From NCBI GenBank assembly GCA_964016885.1, contig OZ024745.1:88722001-88786000 (forward strand): a stretch of DNA of 64,000 bases. The letters run 5' to 3'. The position numbers and the translations under genes were made by a program. The notes beneath the pieces are model-generated. The model was not told where the DNA came from. It was given only the letters and a program-made list of their open reading frames with translations, and ran no database searches. This DNA comes from Eledone cirrhosa. Lineage: Eukaryota. Of the stretch, positions 25,140-40,100 are shown in pieces; within the stretch, counting starts at the first letter, position 1; every line of letters begins with the position of its first letter.

Positions 25140-27958
25140 GTCAAGGTCGTCCCTTATGAAGCTTTTTATGTGTTTTAGGAAAGATTTAAGCAGAATATCT
25201 AGGAAGTTGCATAGGCGGTGGGTTACAAATGTGGTGCCTGCTATTAAGGATCTTAATTTAAGGTCATCAGGAGGGGCTATATTGATGTAAACGTCTGTGG
25301 CTTGCTTGCAGGCCCTACCTATTACTTCGCTTTTGTGTCGTGGGGATACCGTAAAAAGCCTTTTGAAATTGGTGATGTAGTTGTATTCCTTGTCTGTAAA
25401 CCCTTCTTTGTAAAGGATTGTTGGGATTTTAGGTTTCTCATTATTTTCTGTTGTGTATAGTGTTGGGACTTTTCATAATATGTTTGGTTTTATAGAGTTG
25501 AGAGTACTAGAGTTGTGTAATAATCTGTCTCCATAAGGACTACTGCACTCCCTTTACCTGCCTCTTTGATTGTTAGGGTTTTGTCGGTTTTTAGACTGTT
25601 AAGACTATTCCATCCTTTTTTGCTTAAGTTTGGTTTTTGTGGTGGTATGGGTAATTAGCAATGTGTTCGCAGAATTGATCGAGGAATTTATTCTTGCCTT
25701 TTGGTGGGGTGTAGTTGCTTCTATTTCTGGCTATTGAGTCATCCTCATTGTATTTGTCGTATAGTTGTTCGCTGAGTCTTAGTTTTCTACAGAATTCTGC
25801 AATATCTTCATTCATTTCGGGGTAGTTTCGTTGTTGGGGAGTTGGTGTAAATGTTAGACCTTTGGAGAGTGTGTTTATTTGGTCTATTGTTAATTCTTTA
25901 GAGGTTAAATTGACAATTTTTATTGCATTTTGTGTCTCCTGTGTGTTTTGTGTTATCTTGTAATCCTGTGTCTGTGTGCTGTGTCTAAAAAATGATTACG
26001 GAAGTTGTGATAGCTGTTGAAGTTTCGATGTCTCTTATAGTTGTATTGGCCCCCTGCTGTTGTTGTAAGATGGTGTGTAGCTGTGGTAGTTGTTGAGTTT
26101 AGGTTGTATCGTGTGGTTGTATTGAGCCCTGTTAATGTTGTTGTAGAATGTGTAAATTTGATGGGCGTGGTTATAGGGGGTGAAGTTGTGGTGGTTGTGG
26201 AAGTTGGGTTGTATCGTATGGTTGTGTTGAGCACTGCTGTTGATGTAGGGTGTGTAGACTTGGTGCTAGTTGTAGTAGGGTTGTATTGTGTGGTCATATT
26301 GAGTCCTGTTGTTGCTGTTATATGGTGTGTAGCTATGGTGGTTGTAGGGGTTAAGGTGCCTATAAGGAAACCCTAATCTACCCTCCCCCACTAACCACAT
26401 CCTACTACAAAAATACCAGAAGGGACAATACATCCACACGAGACACCCTAACCACTAAAACACCATAGCTACATACCATATAGTAGCAACAACAGGACTC
26501 AATATGACCACACAAGACAACCCTACTACAACTACCATCAAGTCTACACACCCTACAACAATAGCAGATAAAAACAAAGATAAATATTTAAAAAAATAAA
26601 AAAAATATATAAAAAATACATTAAGAAAAATACATTAATAAGGTACTACATCATTACATCACTACCCTAGCTATGACGGAGTTTTATTTATGTATTTTAC
26701 TTTTTACTTTTTACCTTATTAATGTACTTTTATTAATGTATTTTTTATATATTTTTTTTATTTTTATCTTTGTATTTTTATCTTTGTATTTTTATCTTTG
26801 TATCCTGCTTTTATTTATTTGGGATTTTCTGCTTATTATTCCTTACTCAGGTCATTATGCACCATTCATAGCTCCCTACCCACCAAAGAAACACACTACT
26901 TATAACCCGGAATAACTGAGACTTAAAAATAATTATAGTCTATTGACACTTTTCATTGGGTTTTACCACTTTCGTCTGATGTGTGGATTTCCCGGCTGTG
27001 CGCCGGGCGCTCGGAAAGTTCAGCCTCCCTTGGGTGCTTGGAAAAATAAATGTTCCCCTCTTTCGGTAAACGAAACTACTCGTAGCGGTTCGATTTGGCC
27101 CGGGGCCCGCCGCACCGCCTGTTTTGACCGCCACATTATACTCATACCGATAAACTCTAGGCTTAGGCATAACTGTTAGCTGTATCGTGCTTTCCTCTGC
27201 TGGCACGTAAATGTGAATTAATAGTATTCGTTTGGTATAAACGATGGCCTGTAGAAGCTGGTTGACTTCCCGCTAGCACACACGGAGCCTATCGCAGTTA
27301 CGTTCCTAGAGTACTCGGAAAAATTAATTTCCATTTATTTCGCTAGAGGATACCACTCGAAACTGGCTGACACGTGGTTAGGAGGTGCTGGCTGGGTTTT
27401 ACAATCGAAGACTTTTATCTTTACTCTAACCCACATTAATAACTTATCGAGATTCCCTATAATACACATAAACTTTTTCATATAAGACTCTCTCTGTAAT
27501 TTCATCAAATAAATCTCGCAACACAAACTTTTAATTTTCTATTAATTTTCTAATAATTTAATTTCATCCTATAACTCTTAACATAAGTTAACGTTCCAAT
27601 TTTCTGTTCACACATTAGACCATACAGACACCCATATATATGCCTTTGTTAAAATATGGGTTCTTTAGAATAACATTTTTCGCGGCGTCTTCTAGCATGA
27701 CTGTAATGTGACCCTTACGTTGACTTTTCCTCTTTCTTTCTTTCTTTCTTTCTTTCTTCTCTTTTTTTCTTCTCTGACGGAGAGGTGGTAGTACATTATA
27801 AGCCTTCGTCCCCTCACCAGATGAGATGGTCATTAGTAGACCGAGTTGCCATCACTTGAGGGCGACTGGCCGAGGTGAAAGCAGGTAGTTGGTCTGTCGT
27901 CCTCTCTGTCTCTGATTTCGGACCCATGGATTTTATATATTCCTTTGTTATATTTCGA

Positions 27959-28016
27959 ATACCTGATGATATCACCGGATTCATACGGAACCCGGTCATT
28001 GAAATGATCATAGTAT
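27959..28016 (+). ncRNA. Minimal type I HHR (same family as 1859-1916)
   Basis: ATAC-CTGATGA-...-GAAA-TGATCA-TA-GTAT, followed by (TA)n. Confidence 0.75.
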
Positions 28017-28065
28017 AATAAACTTTTAAAGGATTTACACCAGTCCAGCCTCCTGTTATTTTATT

Positions 28066-28288
<223 letters not shown>

Positions 28289-28330
28289 AGAGAGTATTGA
28301 AGTTTGCTTGTAGCATTGTGGAATGATAGG

Positions 28331-31300
28331 TAAAAATCTTTAAGTCGTTTGGAAGCCTCGACAATGCAATTGGGTAAATCTCCGGGTAACAAGATCCGGT
28401 GGTCGAGAGAGAGATGTAAGTGGGTGTACGTTGAGATGCGTGGTGTGTATAAGACGTGTAGAAGAATGAAGGAAAGAGTATAAAGGATAAAATAAAAATA
28501 AGAACACGAGAGAGAGTTACCATGGGAGAGATTTAATTGTCCCTATATATTTCGGATTCACATCCATCAACTGGGTTTTTTTTCCGGGGTGGGGGAAAGG
28601 TTGTCTGTCGGAAAGGTGCGAAACGTGTCCTCCGCTGTTGGTTGTTTTGAATATCTGAGGTATTCAGCAGAGCTAGCGTGCGTGTTAAATGGGGTCGGTC
28701 GGGCAGAGGTCAGCGGCCGAATGTGGGAGTGGGGTGGTGCTAGCTGTCAGTCCATTCTCTGCCTGTTTGTTAAATGTTACTGTGTGTGTGCGTGTGTTGT
28801 TGTCTCGCTTGAGTGTGTGTGTGTGTGCGTGTGTTGTTGCCTTGTTCCTCTGTATTGGCAGTGTAGTATGTTCGTATGGTGGAATGCTACTGTGTGTGTG
28901 TGCGTGTGCATATGTGGTTGTCTCGTTTGTGTGTGTGTGTGCGTGTGTTGCTGCATCGTTTGTTAACTTAAACCAGCCACCTCATTTCGCTTCTCACGGA
29001 TCGATTGTTTATTTGCGGTGCAAGGAGTTTGATATAAAGCGCTTCCTTGATACGTAACGAGCCGACGTTTCTTTCAGTCGCTAGAATTGTGACAATGGGC
29101 CTTCCGTCTTTGTTTCCGCATTTGTCTATGTGTTTCCGGAAAGACGAGGCCCTGGTTTTAGTGTGTTCCTTTATCCGGATGTGCAAAGGTCGGATTGTGC
29201 TACCTATATAGTATTGGTTGCACCTGTCACATTCTATCTTATACACGACGTATGTGCGTAGGCAACAGTTCGCATTGCATATCGGGCAGTCTCTGAGGGA
29301 GCACGCGTCAGTAGATTTCCCGGGTTTCCTGGAGAGGCATCTTCGCAGGTGGATGTCGAGCCCCTCCCTCCGTATAGCCTTGCGGATAGCGTTGGTGGTA
29401 TTCTCGCCCAGGTGTGGCATTTTAAGGAACCACTTGCCTTGGGTCCCTCTCTGTCTCTTGTGTCTGGTGTCTCCTACTCTGTCTGTGAGCAAGGCAGGGT
29501 ACCTGTTCGTCTCCAGCACCTCGAGGAATCGCTTGGTATGAGTGACACCACTCGCGGGATCGCTGCATCTGTTTTTGATTCGCGCGATCTCGTTCGTGAT
29601 GTATCCTCTTTTGGCGCTGTTAGGGAGGGGGGACTTGTAGTGAACGAACAGGTCCCTGCAGGCTGCCTTTCAGTAGAAGTTGCAGTGGTTCCTTCCCTGT
29701 TCCGTGATGTTGATTCGGAAGTCGAGGAGGGCAAGTGACCCGTCTTCGTTGGGGTGTTCAACACTGAAGTCAATGTTCTCGTCCGTGTTGTTGAACGTCT
29801 CATAGATTCTGTTCGCCGTGTCTTGGGTAGATGTGAGGATGAGGATATCGTCCACGTACCTTGAGAAAAAGGCGACAGCGTTGGGGTGGCAGGCGTTGAG
29901 TGCCTTGCGCTCGAGGTTGTCCATGTAAGAGATCGCTAGCACACCCGACAGGCTTGATCCCATGGGCAATCCCGAGGTTTGTTGGTATGTTTGGTCAAGG
30001 AATCCGAAGTAGGTGTTGTCGACGACGATGGATAGGAGTTGGTGAATGTCAGTGGTGGTGAGCCCGAAGCAGTGTAGGTCGGTAGATTGGACGCATTCCA
30101 TCAGTATATTGACGGCCGGGAGTGCTGGGACCGAGGTGTAGAGAGCGACTACATCAAGGCTGAAGGCATATTTGTTATTCCTTCTGGTGTCGGGATCCAT
30201 TTGATGCAGGCGCTTCAACACCTCCTCGGAGCTGTTAACGTGTCCCGGCAATGTGTCTAAGATGGGTTTGAGTATTCTGGCTAGGAGCCATGACATTTTG
30301 TAGAGTGCTCCCTCCACGCTCGATACAATGGGCCTGATCTTCAGGTCGGGTCCCTGTTTATGTGTTTTCACGAGCTGGTAGAAAGAAGGCGGGTAGTCTG
30401 TTGTTCCTCGTGAGGAGGTTGTATCTCAGCTTCTTCGGGAGCTTCCGCCGGTCGCAGATGTTGGTCCAGGCGGCGTTGATGTGCTCTTCTATCAGCGCGG
30501 GAGTGATTCCCGTGACCTTGGAGTAGAGGTTGTCATCGTCAAGGTGTTGGAGGGCCAGGGTGTTGTAGGCCTCTCTGCTGATGACGCAGAATTATTTTCC
30601 CTTGTCGGAGGGGAGAGAGATGAGGTTCTTCGATTTTAGGTTGGAGAGAGTGGTGAGTTGAGATTTGGTGAGGTTATGTGTTGTGTGTGTGTGTGATTGT
30701 GAAGTATATCCGAGATGGAGTGTTTTAGCCTGGTGAGTTTAGTGTCGAGTTCGTGGTTGGTTGGTGGGGGGTGGAGTGGGTTGTCGGGGTGGTAAGTGGG
30801 GAACTTGGGGTGGGTTGCGTGGGCGCTGTTATTTTCTGTGGCGCTGTTGATGGCGGTCACCCATTTAAGTTGGTAAGCGGCTCGACAAAAGTTGACCTCG
30901 ATGTTGAGTTTGAGTCTGTCGTCGAGACGTTGTGAGACGATGAACTTGGGTCCGAGGTGTAGGAGTTTCAGCTCGTCGCTTCTGAGAATGCCGGTTAGGT
31001 CGGTGACCAGGTGCGTCGCATCGTTGAGGTGTGGCTCGGTTTTGGTGGATGCGGCGGTGGCGGTTGTTAAGTTGTTGTTTTCCACGTGGTTCTGGTCTGT
31101 CTGTTCGTTAGTGTCGATGTTCTCGTTGTGGCGTTTCGACAAGATCCACTCATATTTTCGCTTGAGCCGTTTTTTCTCGTATTGGACTCTGGAGTGGTAG
31201 CACTGGTCGATTGCTTTAGTGATTTTCAGGAGCAAGTCCCCGGGTGTTAATGACAGTCGATGTGTCCGCTTTGAGAGTGTCCGCTTATGGACGTGTAATT

Positions 31301-32190
31301 GGCGGTTGAGTCGTCTCAGGATGTGTTTAATACACGTGCGATGTATGCGGTTAGTGGTGTTTTGGAAAGCTTGTGTACGTAGGCTTACTGGTAAGCAGAT
31401 GTTCCTGATGGTGTTGGGGGATGACATCGTTTTTTAGGCAGCGTTTCAGGAAAATAATTTGACAGCCAGCATTGGCCCATTTGTCCGACAGTCTAAACAG
31501 TTCCCTTGTACCGCAAATAAACAATCGATCCGAGAGAAGCGAAATGAGGTGGCTGGTTTAAGTTAACAAACGATGCAGCAACACACGCACACACACACAC
31601 AAACGAGACAACTACATACGCACACACACACACACACAGTAGCATTCCACCATACGAACATACTACACTGCCAATACAGAAGAACAAGGCAACAACACAC
31701 ACACACACACTCAAGCGAGACAACAACACACGCACACACACACACATTAACATTTAACAAACAGGCAGAGAATGGACTGACAGCTAGCACCACCCCACTC
31801 CCACATTCGGCCGCTGACCTCTGCCCGACCGACCCCATTTCACGCGCACGCGCGCTCTGCTGAATACCTCAGATATTCAAAACAACCAACGGCGGAGGAC
31901 GCGTTTCGCACCTTTCCGACAGACAACCATTCCCCCACCCAGGAAAAAACCCCAGTTGATAGATATGAATCCAAATATATAGGGACAATTAAATCTCTCA
32001 CAAGGTAACTCTCTCGTGTTTTTATTTTTATTTTATCCTTTATACTCTTTCCTTCATTCTTCTACACGTCTTATACACACCACGCATCTCAACGTACACC
32101 CACTTACATCTCTCTCTCCACCACCGGATCTTGTTACCCAGAGATTTACCCATTTGCATTGTCGAGGCTTCCAAACGACTTAAAGATATT
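28331..32190 (-). mobile_element. Penelope-like element with ~690-bp inverted terminal segments, inserted in (TA)n
   Basis: 28335-29024 is the reverse complement of 31504-32188. These flank a frameshifted ORF at 31427-28968. Confidence 0.93.
28968..31427 (-). pseudogene. PLE polyprotein (RT + GIY-YIG), frameshifted
   Basis: LLHLGPKF, KTHK..IRPIVS, FSLDVVALYTSVP, QTSGLPMGSSLS, RYVDD, and VVYKIECDRCNQYYIGST.RPLHIRIKEH...IKEALYI. Confidence 0.95.
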
Positions 32191-32191
32191 T

Positions 32192-32256
<65 letters not shown>

Positions 32257-32636
32257 CAAATTGGGCTATTCAGCCGTTAATATGCATAAGGTAAGTATAT
32301 ACGTTCAACAATCTGGTAGGAAGGTATATGTTGCTGACGATAGCCAATAAGTTTGAAACTAGTATAGCGTTCCTTTGTCAGTGTTGAAGAAACGAGCAAC
32401 GATCGTTGCTGGACACTACGGCTTAATACGAGATGTTTGTTTACAAACACACCGAGCATTATAATAAATGTTCGGTGAATCTATACGTACATATATATAT
32501 GTGTGCATGTATGTATATATATATACATACTACTGTACGTCTGTATACATACATGTATGTACGTGTACATACTTATATTTAACTAACAGCCGTACTAAGA
32601 GTGGGAAATGAAATTTCGTTTTATTTTTTCAGTTTA
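32257..32636 (+). mobile_element. Single monomer of the ~440-bp HHR repeat family
   Basis: Aligns to 7770-8160. Its HHR reads TGTTG-CTGACGA-TAGCCAATAAGTTT-GAAA-CTAG-TA-TAGCG at ~32329-32369, between (TA)n tracts. Confidence 0.85.
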
Positions 32637-32670
32637 TATATATACATATATATATATGTATTATATATAT

Positions 32671-32816
<146 letters not shown>

Positions 32817-33114
32817 CTTATATATTAAAGAAACCAACATACCACTAAATTACTACTAATGTATTCAACATTAAATTCTCTAACTGTTGCATCTTCGGAA
32901 GAGGTCTGTGTCTTTAATTGGTCCATATTGACTCAGAAAGAAAAATTACACACCTCTTCAATCTATATAACTTGCTCTTCACCAAGAGACTGGCAACGGT
33001 AAATGATAAATCACATTTAACATGTAGAGAAAAGGGAGTTCTACTATTACACTATTTAAATGATGTGATCGCAATATAGTTATTTCTTCACTTAGACATG
33101 AAGCGGAAACAGTC

Positions 33115-33490
33115 TTGGTAGAGGGTCGGACACCATGCTTTGCGGCATAGAGTTACGGCCCTTTATGATCGGAGTTCAAATCCCGCCGAGGTTAATTTTG
33201 CCTTTCATCCTTATGGGGTCGATAAAATAAGTACCAGTAATGAACTGGGGTGATTTCTGGCCTTGTGCCAAAAGTAGAAACGATTATTTCAATTCGCATA
33301 GGTCAGTGAATTTACATAATCGTTTAAGCGTCGTAAAAATGCTTTAGTGTATTTGATTCGGAGTTACCTTTTGCCTTTCATCTTTACGGGGTCAATAAAA
33401 TAAAGTACCAGTAATGCACTGATGTAGAATTAATCGACTTTCCTCTCCCCATAAATTGTTGGCCTTGTTTTTAAATCAGAAATCATAATA
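33115..33490 (+). mobile_element. Two Nin/Deu-domain SINE copies
   Basis: GAGTTCAAATCCCGCC and GCCTTTCATC...GGGGTC(G/A)ATAAAATAA at 33115-33290 and 33355-33490. Confidence 0.8.
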
Positions 33491-35040
33491 TAAACCAGTT
33501 CCCCTCCCCCAAAATTGCCAACCTTGTGCTTGAATTAGTAGCCATTTCTGTTTATCCTTCTAAGTCATTTTTGATTCCCTAACATACTAATTATATGTAT
33601 TTATTTAGATGTGATATAAAGGTATCAAATATGTTTAGTTTTAATCTGAAAATTCTTACTGCTAAAAAAGAATTAATTTCATAAACCTCTAAGCATATCA
33701 ACAATATGAGTGTGTTTAATATTTTTTACTTTCGGTGTTCTTCAACAGTATCCTCGTTATTTTCAATTCAAGAAATCTAATTTTCGTAATACCTCTTATC
33801 TTGTTTTGAAAGGATTCATTCCGTTTTGAAATCTATAGAATAATAATGTTTGAGAAGCTACTTATTTCTCTTAGTTAATCCTTCTTGGATAAATACTATA
33901 AAACCAAGCGAATTCACTATGCTTCATATCAAAACCAAACCACCATTTTACCATATACATATATCCATACCAAATAATAAGTCTATTTGTCAAATAAATA
34001 ACAACTGCATATAAAACTTCCTTGGATACATGTATGGAGGAAGAGATGCGAAGATGTGGCTGTACAAATGTATTACCAGTTGTTAGTTAAGCACCGGTTC
34101 GAACCTGATCAAGGTGGTATATGATACACATTGCCGCTTGTGTAGAAATAAGTCATTTATATACACAGATTTCTTATATTAACCCCTATATGTATAGGTG
34201 TGCGCAAAGTAAACTCAAGATCAAAGCGTAAAATCACTTTAAAATCACTACAAAAAGTCATTGATCTAAAAAAAAACATTTTCGCAGGATTGCGGTTTCT
34301 GTCAGCAAGAGATTTTTCTGATTGGTAAAGTAGGAATTTGGTTTAAAGTTCGTATGTCACTATAATAAAATTAACTAAGGTCTCAGGTAAAATCCCTTTA
34401 CCAGAATAGTATTGCATTTACTTTAGCCCTTAAAATCATAGGGGTAGGAAGAATGGTTTTCCGAAAAAGCATAAAAGGGAAGTAGCGAAAAAGCATGAAA
34501 GAATAATTCGGAAAGAGTGAAACTTGAATTGAACATATGAGCATGAAGAATGGAGACATTATTGGTCAGTTCAAGTTAAAGGAATGTTAAGTTTTAGTCA
34601 ATTGTTCATCAATGATATGGATATATCTTGTCATCAATAATGCTTTTCACTATTTGTTGTTCTAGTTCTTTACGTTTGGAATTCAAAACTTGACTAGATC
34701 AAGATTCTCACAACCTTCCTAGGTTGATAAACTAATACAGCTAACTTTCTGTTACGTAACTGGAAGGACTCAGGATAACTCAAAGTTTAACCCGGACTGA
34801 ACTGACACAAACGAAGGTTGTCGACCCACAACAGTCAAATTTGAGTTGTCTCCCTTATCATCAAACTACCGACATCTGCCACGCATAATCCAGTCAGCTC
34901 ATATATACTTCAGATCTTACCGCAGCTATACACGAGTTGAAAATCCGTTAAGTGAAACACGTGTCCTCGATTACGCTTCACTAAATTAATGTGGAATTAA
35001 TTCGCCCTCCCTCTCTCTCTCTCTATATATATATATAGAT

Positions 35041-35520
<480 letters not shown>

Positions 35521-35523
35521 TAT

Positions 35524-35652
35524 TTCAAATCCCACCGAGGTTAACTTTGCCTTTCATCCTTACCAGGTCGATAAAATAAAGTACCAGTAATGCACTTGGT
35601 AATTGCTGGCCTTGTGCCAAAAGTAGAAACAATTATTATTATTATTATTATT
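35524..35652 (+). mobile_element. 5'-truncated SINE ending in (TTA)n
   Basis: TTCAAATCCCACCGAGG...GCCTTTCATCC...GAAACAATTATTATT. Confidence 0.85.
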
Positions 35653-37092
35653 CCTTGAATCTCAGTCATTGATGTTAGTTAACTGGAAAGTCCGTTGGAT
35701 TGAATATCAAGCCACTAACAGCAGCCTCAGATATTCAGGACGTATCGGAGGGTTCTTGCTGTTCCCTGCAAGCATGCCTTTTGAAGCGTTCCAAAAAGCG
35801 TGAAGGGGCCGATTTTCTTTAACCATCCCTGGAAACGTTTGGAGATAGTCCCCAGTGCGCCTATGACAATCGGGATCACTTTGACTTCATGGCAGTTCCA
35901 AATCCTTTTTACCCCCCACTTTAAGTCCTGGTAGCGGTTAATTTTCTCCCTCTCCTTCTCTTGCACTCTCGTGTCGAAAGGGCAGGCGACATCCACAATC
36001 AGACACGATCTTTTTTCTTTGTCCACAACCACCAGCTCAGGTCTATTGTGTTCCAGTTTCATGTCCGTCTGCATCCTAAAATCCCACAGCACCTTCACCT
36101 GATCGTTTTCTAGCGCCGACTCTGGCTTATGCTCATACCATTTCTCAGAATGTGGTAACTTGTTTACTTTGCACAGGTGCCAGTGGATCACCCTGCCCAT
36201 CACATCATGTCTGCAGCCCTTATAGTGGGTCTGGGCTAGGTGTTTACACTCGGATACAATGTGAGCCAAAGTCTCCTCTCTCTCTCCACAGTTCCTGCAC
36301 AGTGGGCTAGCCTCCTCCTTGTAAATATGGTGTTTCAACCACTTCGTTTTGAGGGCCTGCTCCTGCGCAGCTATTAACATTCCTTCTGTAGCCTTTTTAA
36401 GGTCTCCTCTTCTCAACCAGTTCCATGTCTGTGGATCTCTAAATTCAGTTTTCTCAAAGAAGGTACTATGAAGGGATTTTTCCTGAAGGCTGCTCTTTCT
36501 CCTTGAAGTTATTTCCTCCTTGGACATCCCCTGGCCTATTGTCCCCTCCTTCAGTACAGTTCTGAGCATTGGCTCCTTACTATCAGTCACGTATTTGTGT
36601 AGGTTGTTTTTCTCCATCTGAAGAGAGTCCTCTATGCTGATAAGACCTCTTCCACCCTCAGATCTCCTTAGGTAGAGTCTATCGACATCACTCCTCTTGT
36701 GGAACATTTTGTAGATAGTCAATAGCTTCAATACCTCTCTTGATCTTCACGCTTCCCAAGGATTCTCCAGTTGATGTCAACTTTGTTTCCCAGGACCTCA
36801 TACTCTTGCCCAACAACTATCTTCTGTTATCTGCCACCTTGAAGATCTCCAGGCTTTTGGAGATCCAAGAATGAGGCACCATGTCAAATGCCTTTCTGTA
36901 GTATATCCATCCTATGGAGAGATCAGTGTGTCTCCTCCTGCAGTTCCCCATTACCATCTTATCAATAAGTAACTGGTCCTTTGTACCACGTGACTTCTTT
37001 CGGCATCCTTTCTGTTCGTCCGGTAACAAGTTGTTTGTGTGGAGGTGATGGTAGATTTCCTCAGACACAATGCTCGTCAACAGTTTCCACAT
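35652..37092 (-). mobile_element. 5'-truncated, internally deleted R4/Dong family A copy (more diverged)
   Basis: ORF 35727-36731 has CRNC...HIVSEC and an RLE domain (HNRPELVV..IVDVACP..EKINRY). A deletion junction lies at ~36730, and (TAA)n flanks both ends. Confidence 0.92.
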
Positions 37093-37112
37093 TTATTATT
37101 ATTATTATTATT

Positions 37113-40100
37113 ACAGTTGCATGTATCTTGCTTTATGTTCATACGAGTTATCACCAAGTCACAACCAGTGATCTCAAGAGACAACAAGGTCCGCCATGTT
37201 CAAGAAAGAACATACATATTCACACATGCATCTTTAGTGTTTAGACTTGTGATGTACTTATATTGACAGAATATTCCTTAGTATATGGGCAGTTCCCATT
37301 AGTACTATCTTTTGTATTTCTGCTATACGCGGGTTTCCTGGGATTTGCGATATGTAATCATTAGACCCCTTAGGTATCATTCCCAGAGCGCCTACAACCA
37401 CTGGTATTGTTTTAGTTCTCAATTTCCACATTTTTCCAATTTCTATCACCAGGTCCTTAAACTTGCTCAATTTTTCAAATGTTTTTATAGATACATTCTT
37501 GTCTATTGGAACAGACATATCAATTAGCAAGCATACCCTCTTTTGAAAGTCTTTCAATATTATATCAGGTATGTTTGCATCTATTTTTCGGTCTGTTTGG
37601 ATGCTAAAGTTCCACAAGATTGAGATGTGATCTTTTTCAAGAATGGGAGGTGGTTGATGCTCCCACCAATTCTTTTGATGGGGCAGGTCAAAATGCTTAC
37701 ACATTATCCAATGTATGTATTGTGCAGCTCTGTTATGCCTGTTTAGGTATTCGGTTGGAGCTATAGGACTGCACATTGAAATTATATGGTCAATGGTCTC
37801 TGGTTGTTTTTTGCATACACGGCATAATGGGCTGCACCCATTTTTTATTATGTTGGCTTGGTAATTTTTTGTTGGTAGACACTGATCCTGTGCCGATATA
37901 ATCAGTCCTTCAGTCTCCGATTTCAGTCCAGAGGATGCCAACCACTGATGGGTTAAAGTTTTGTCAACATCAGGATTGTTAGCTCGCTCTGGGTATTTTC
38001 CATACAGAGGCTTTTCTTGCCATTTCTTAGCCAGTTTCTGTAGCAGTTCTTTCTTTGCAGTTACTTTTACCTGCTTTGCTTTTTCTGTGTTTTCCATTTC
38101 AGCAGTAAATGGGACTTCTGAAATTTGTAGTCCGTTACTGTATCTTTGTGCATCTTTTGTAATGGAATATGATCTTTTGATGCTTTCGTGTTTCAAAACG
38201 AGTTTGATCATCCAATCATGTGATTCCCTTAGATATGTAGATAATCCAATTGTTGCAGTTTTCAACGCAATGCCTAACTAGATTAACCCACGTCCTCCTT
38301 CTTTCCTAGGGAGATATATTCTATCTATATCTGCCTTAGGGTGATGCATTCTGTGCATGGTTAAGAATTTTCGAATTTTTGTATCGAGCCTACGGATCTC
38401 TGTGCTTGACCAGTTGATGACATTGTAACTGTAGGTTACTACTGGTATGGCAAGCGTGTTTATGGCATCGATCATATTCCTTGCATTCAATTCCGTTCTT
38501 AAGATTGCTCTTACTCTGCGGTAACATTCCTTCCTTATCCTTTCCCTCATTGTCGAGTGCTTGATTCCGTCTCCTTCACAAACACCTAGATATTTGTAAG
38601 TTTTTTCTTGATCAAGTTCTCTTATCACGTTCCCCCGATCAAGATTAATGTCTGAACACTTCAGCAGCTTTCCTCTGGTGAACGTTGCTTTGGCGCATTT
38701 ATCTAGTCCAAACTCCATTTTAATGTCATCACTGAACTGCTTCACAGTGGATAATAGCCCTTGCAATTGTTCATCATTTTTTGCAAATAGTTTCAGGTCA
38801 TCCATGTAGATCAGGTGATTAATGGTTTTGTCATAGACTTTATATCCATGTTTTGTTTCATTGAGCATTTTACTTAATGGTATAAGTTCGATGCAGAATA
38901 AAAGCGGTGATAAAGAGTCACCCTGAAAAATTCCACAATTAATATTAACTCCAGCTTCCAGTGATTTTGTTTCACTATTCAAAAGGAGTGTCGTTTTCCA
39001 TGTCTTCATACTGAATGACAAAAACCTCCTGACAACGGGGGATACTTTGAAAATCTCTAAACATTTTTCAATCCAACTGTGTGGCAAACTATCAAATGCT
39101 TTTTTTATAATCTATCCAAGCAATCGATAGATTTTTGTGTCTATTATGACAATCTTCCAGTATCATTTTGTTAAACAGAAGCTGATCCTTACAGCCATAT
39201 GAGCCTCGTTTACACCCTTTCTGCTCAATGGGGAATAGGTCATTTGTTATCAGGTGGTCATATGTGTATTCAGCTAGGACTGATGTTAAAATTTTATACA
39301 TTGTGGTCAAGCAAGTTATCGGTCTGTAATTTTTGGGATTGTTTGTCTCATCATTCTTCGGAAGCAGGAATGTAATGCCGTTAACTAGCCATGAAGGTAT
39401 CTTTTCTGGCTCCTTAACTATTTCATTGTAAAGTTGGGTTAACAGCTCATGAGACTCTGTGAAGGCATTTATCCAAAAGTTTTGTATTTTGTCTTTTCCT
39501 GGGGATTTCCATTTGCTGGTTTTTCTTAGAGCCAAGCGCAACTGTTCAACTGTTATATTTTCCCATGTTTGTTCCTCAAGGTGAGCTGTATCTTTCATTT
39601 GTCTGTCTATCCATGGGGCATGTATGTTATGAACTTTTTCTTCAGCCCAGATCTTTTCCCAGAATTCTTGCACTTCCTCCTTGGGTGGTATTGATTTAGT
39701 AGTTATTGTTGACTTACCAATTTTTCTGTAGAAGTTTCTTTGGTTGTTTTTCAACATATTATTGTCCTTATAGAATCTAGATCGTTTTTCAAAGCGCCTT
39801 ATACGAGCAGCTTTGGCCGACACTTTTTGCTTGATTATTTCTATCAGCATGTCTATGTCACATGTTGATTTTATACTGTACTTTTTTTTCAATTTTCTAA
39901 GTTTAGTTTGTTTAACATGTTCACCTACTTTATAGTTTGTTAAAATTTCTATGTCAGATCGGAGAAGGTTTATTTGGCGATTGATGTTCTCTTGCCAAGT
40001 AGATTTCTTGTGGGAATTCCTTTGTTTTTTCATCTTCACGCCACATAAGTGAGTGGGGACTTTAGCCGATGCATAATAGAGATGATTTAAATCAGTAATG

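Larger units (their letters stand above)
23105..26800 (-). mobile_element. Near full-length degraded Penelope-like element (Neptune-like)
   Basis: Frameshifted ORF pieces: VNLTS...LSKGLTFTPTP, RT motifs (LVTFDVINLYSNIP, QKSGTAMGTKVGPSYA, YLDD) and GIY-YIG. Short inverted segments occur at 26250-26340/26460-26560 and ~26575-26645/26710-26785. Confidence 0.9.

Noticed and set aside
26940-27720. Possible DNA transposon end (TAAGGGTCACATTAC on the minus strand)
   Set aside because: I found no matching second inverted terminus or transposase.
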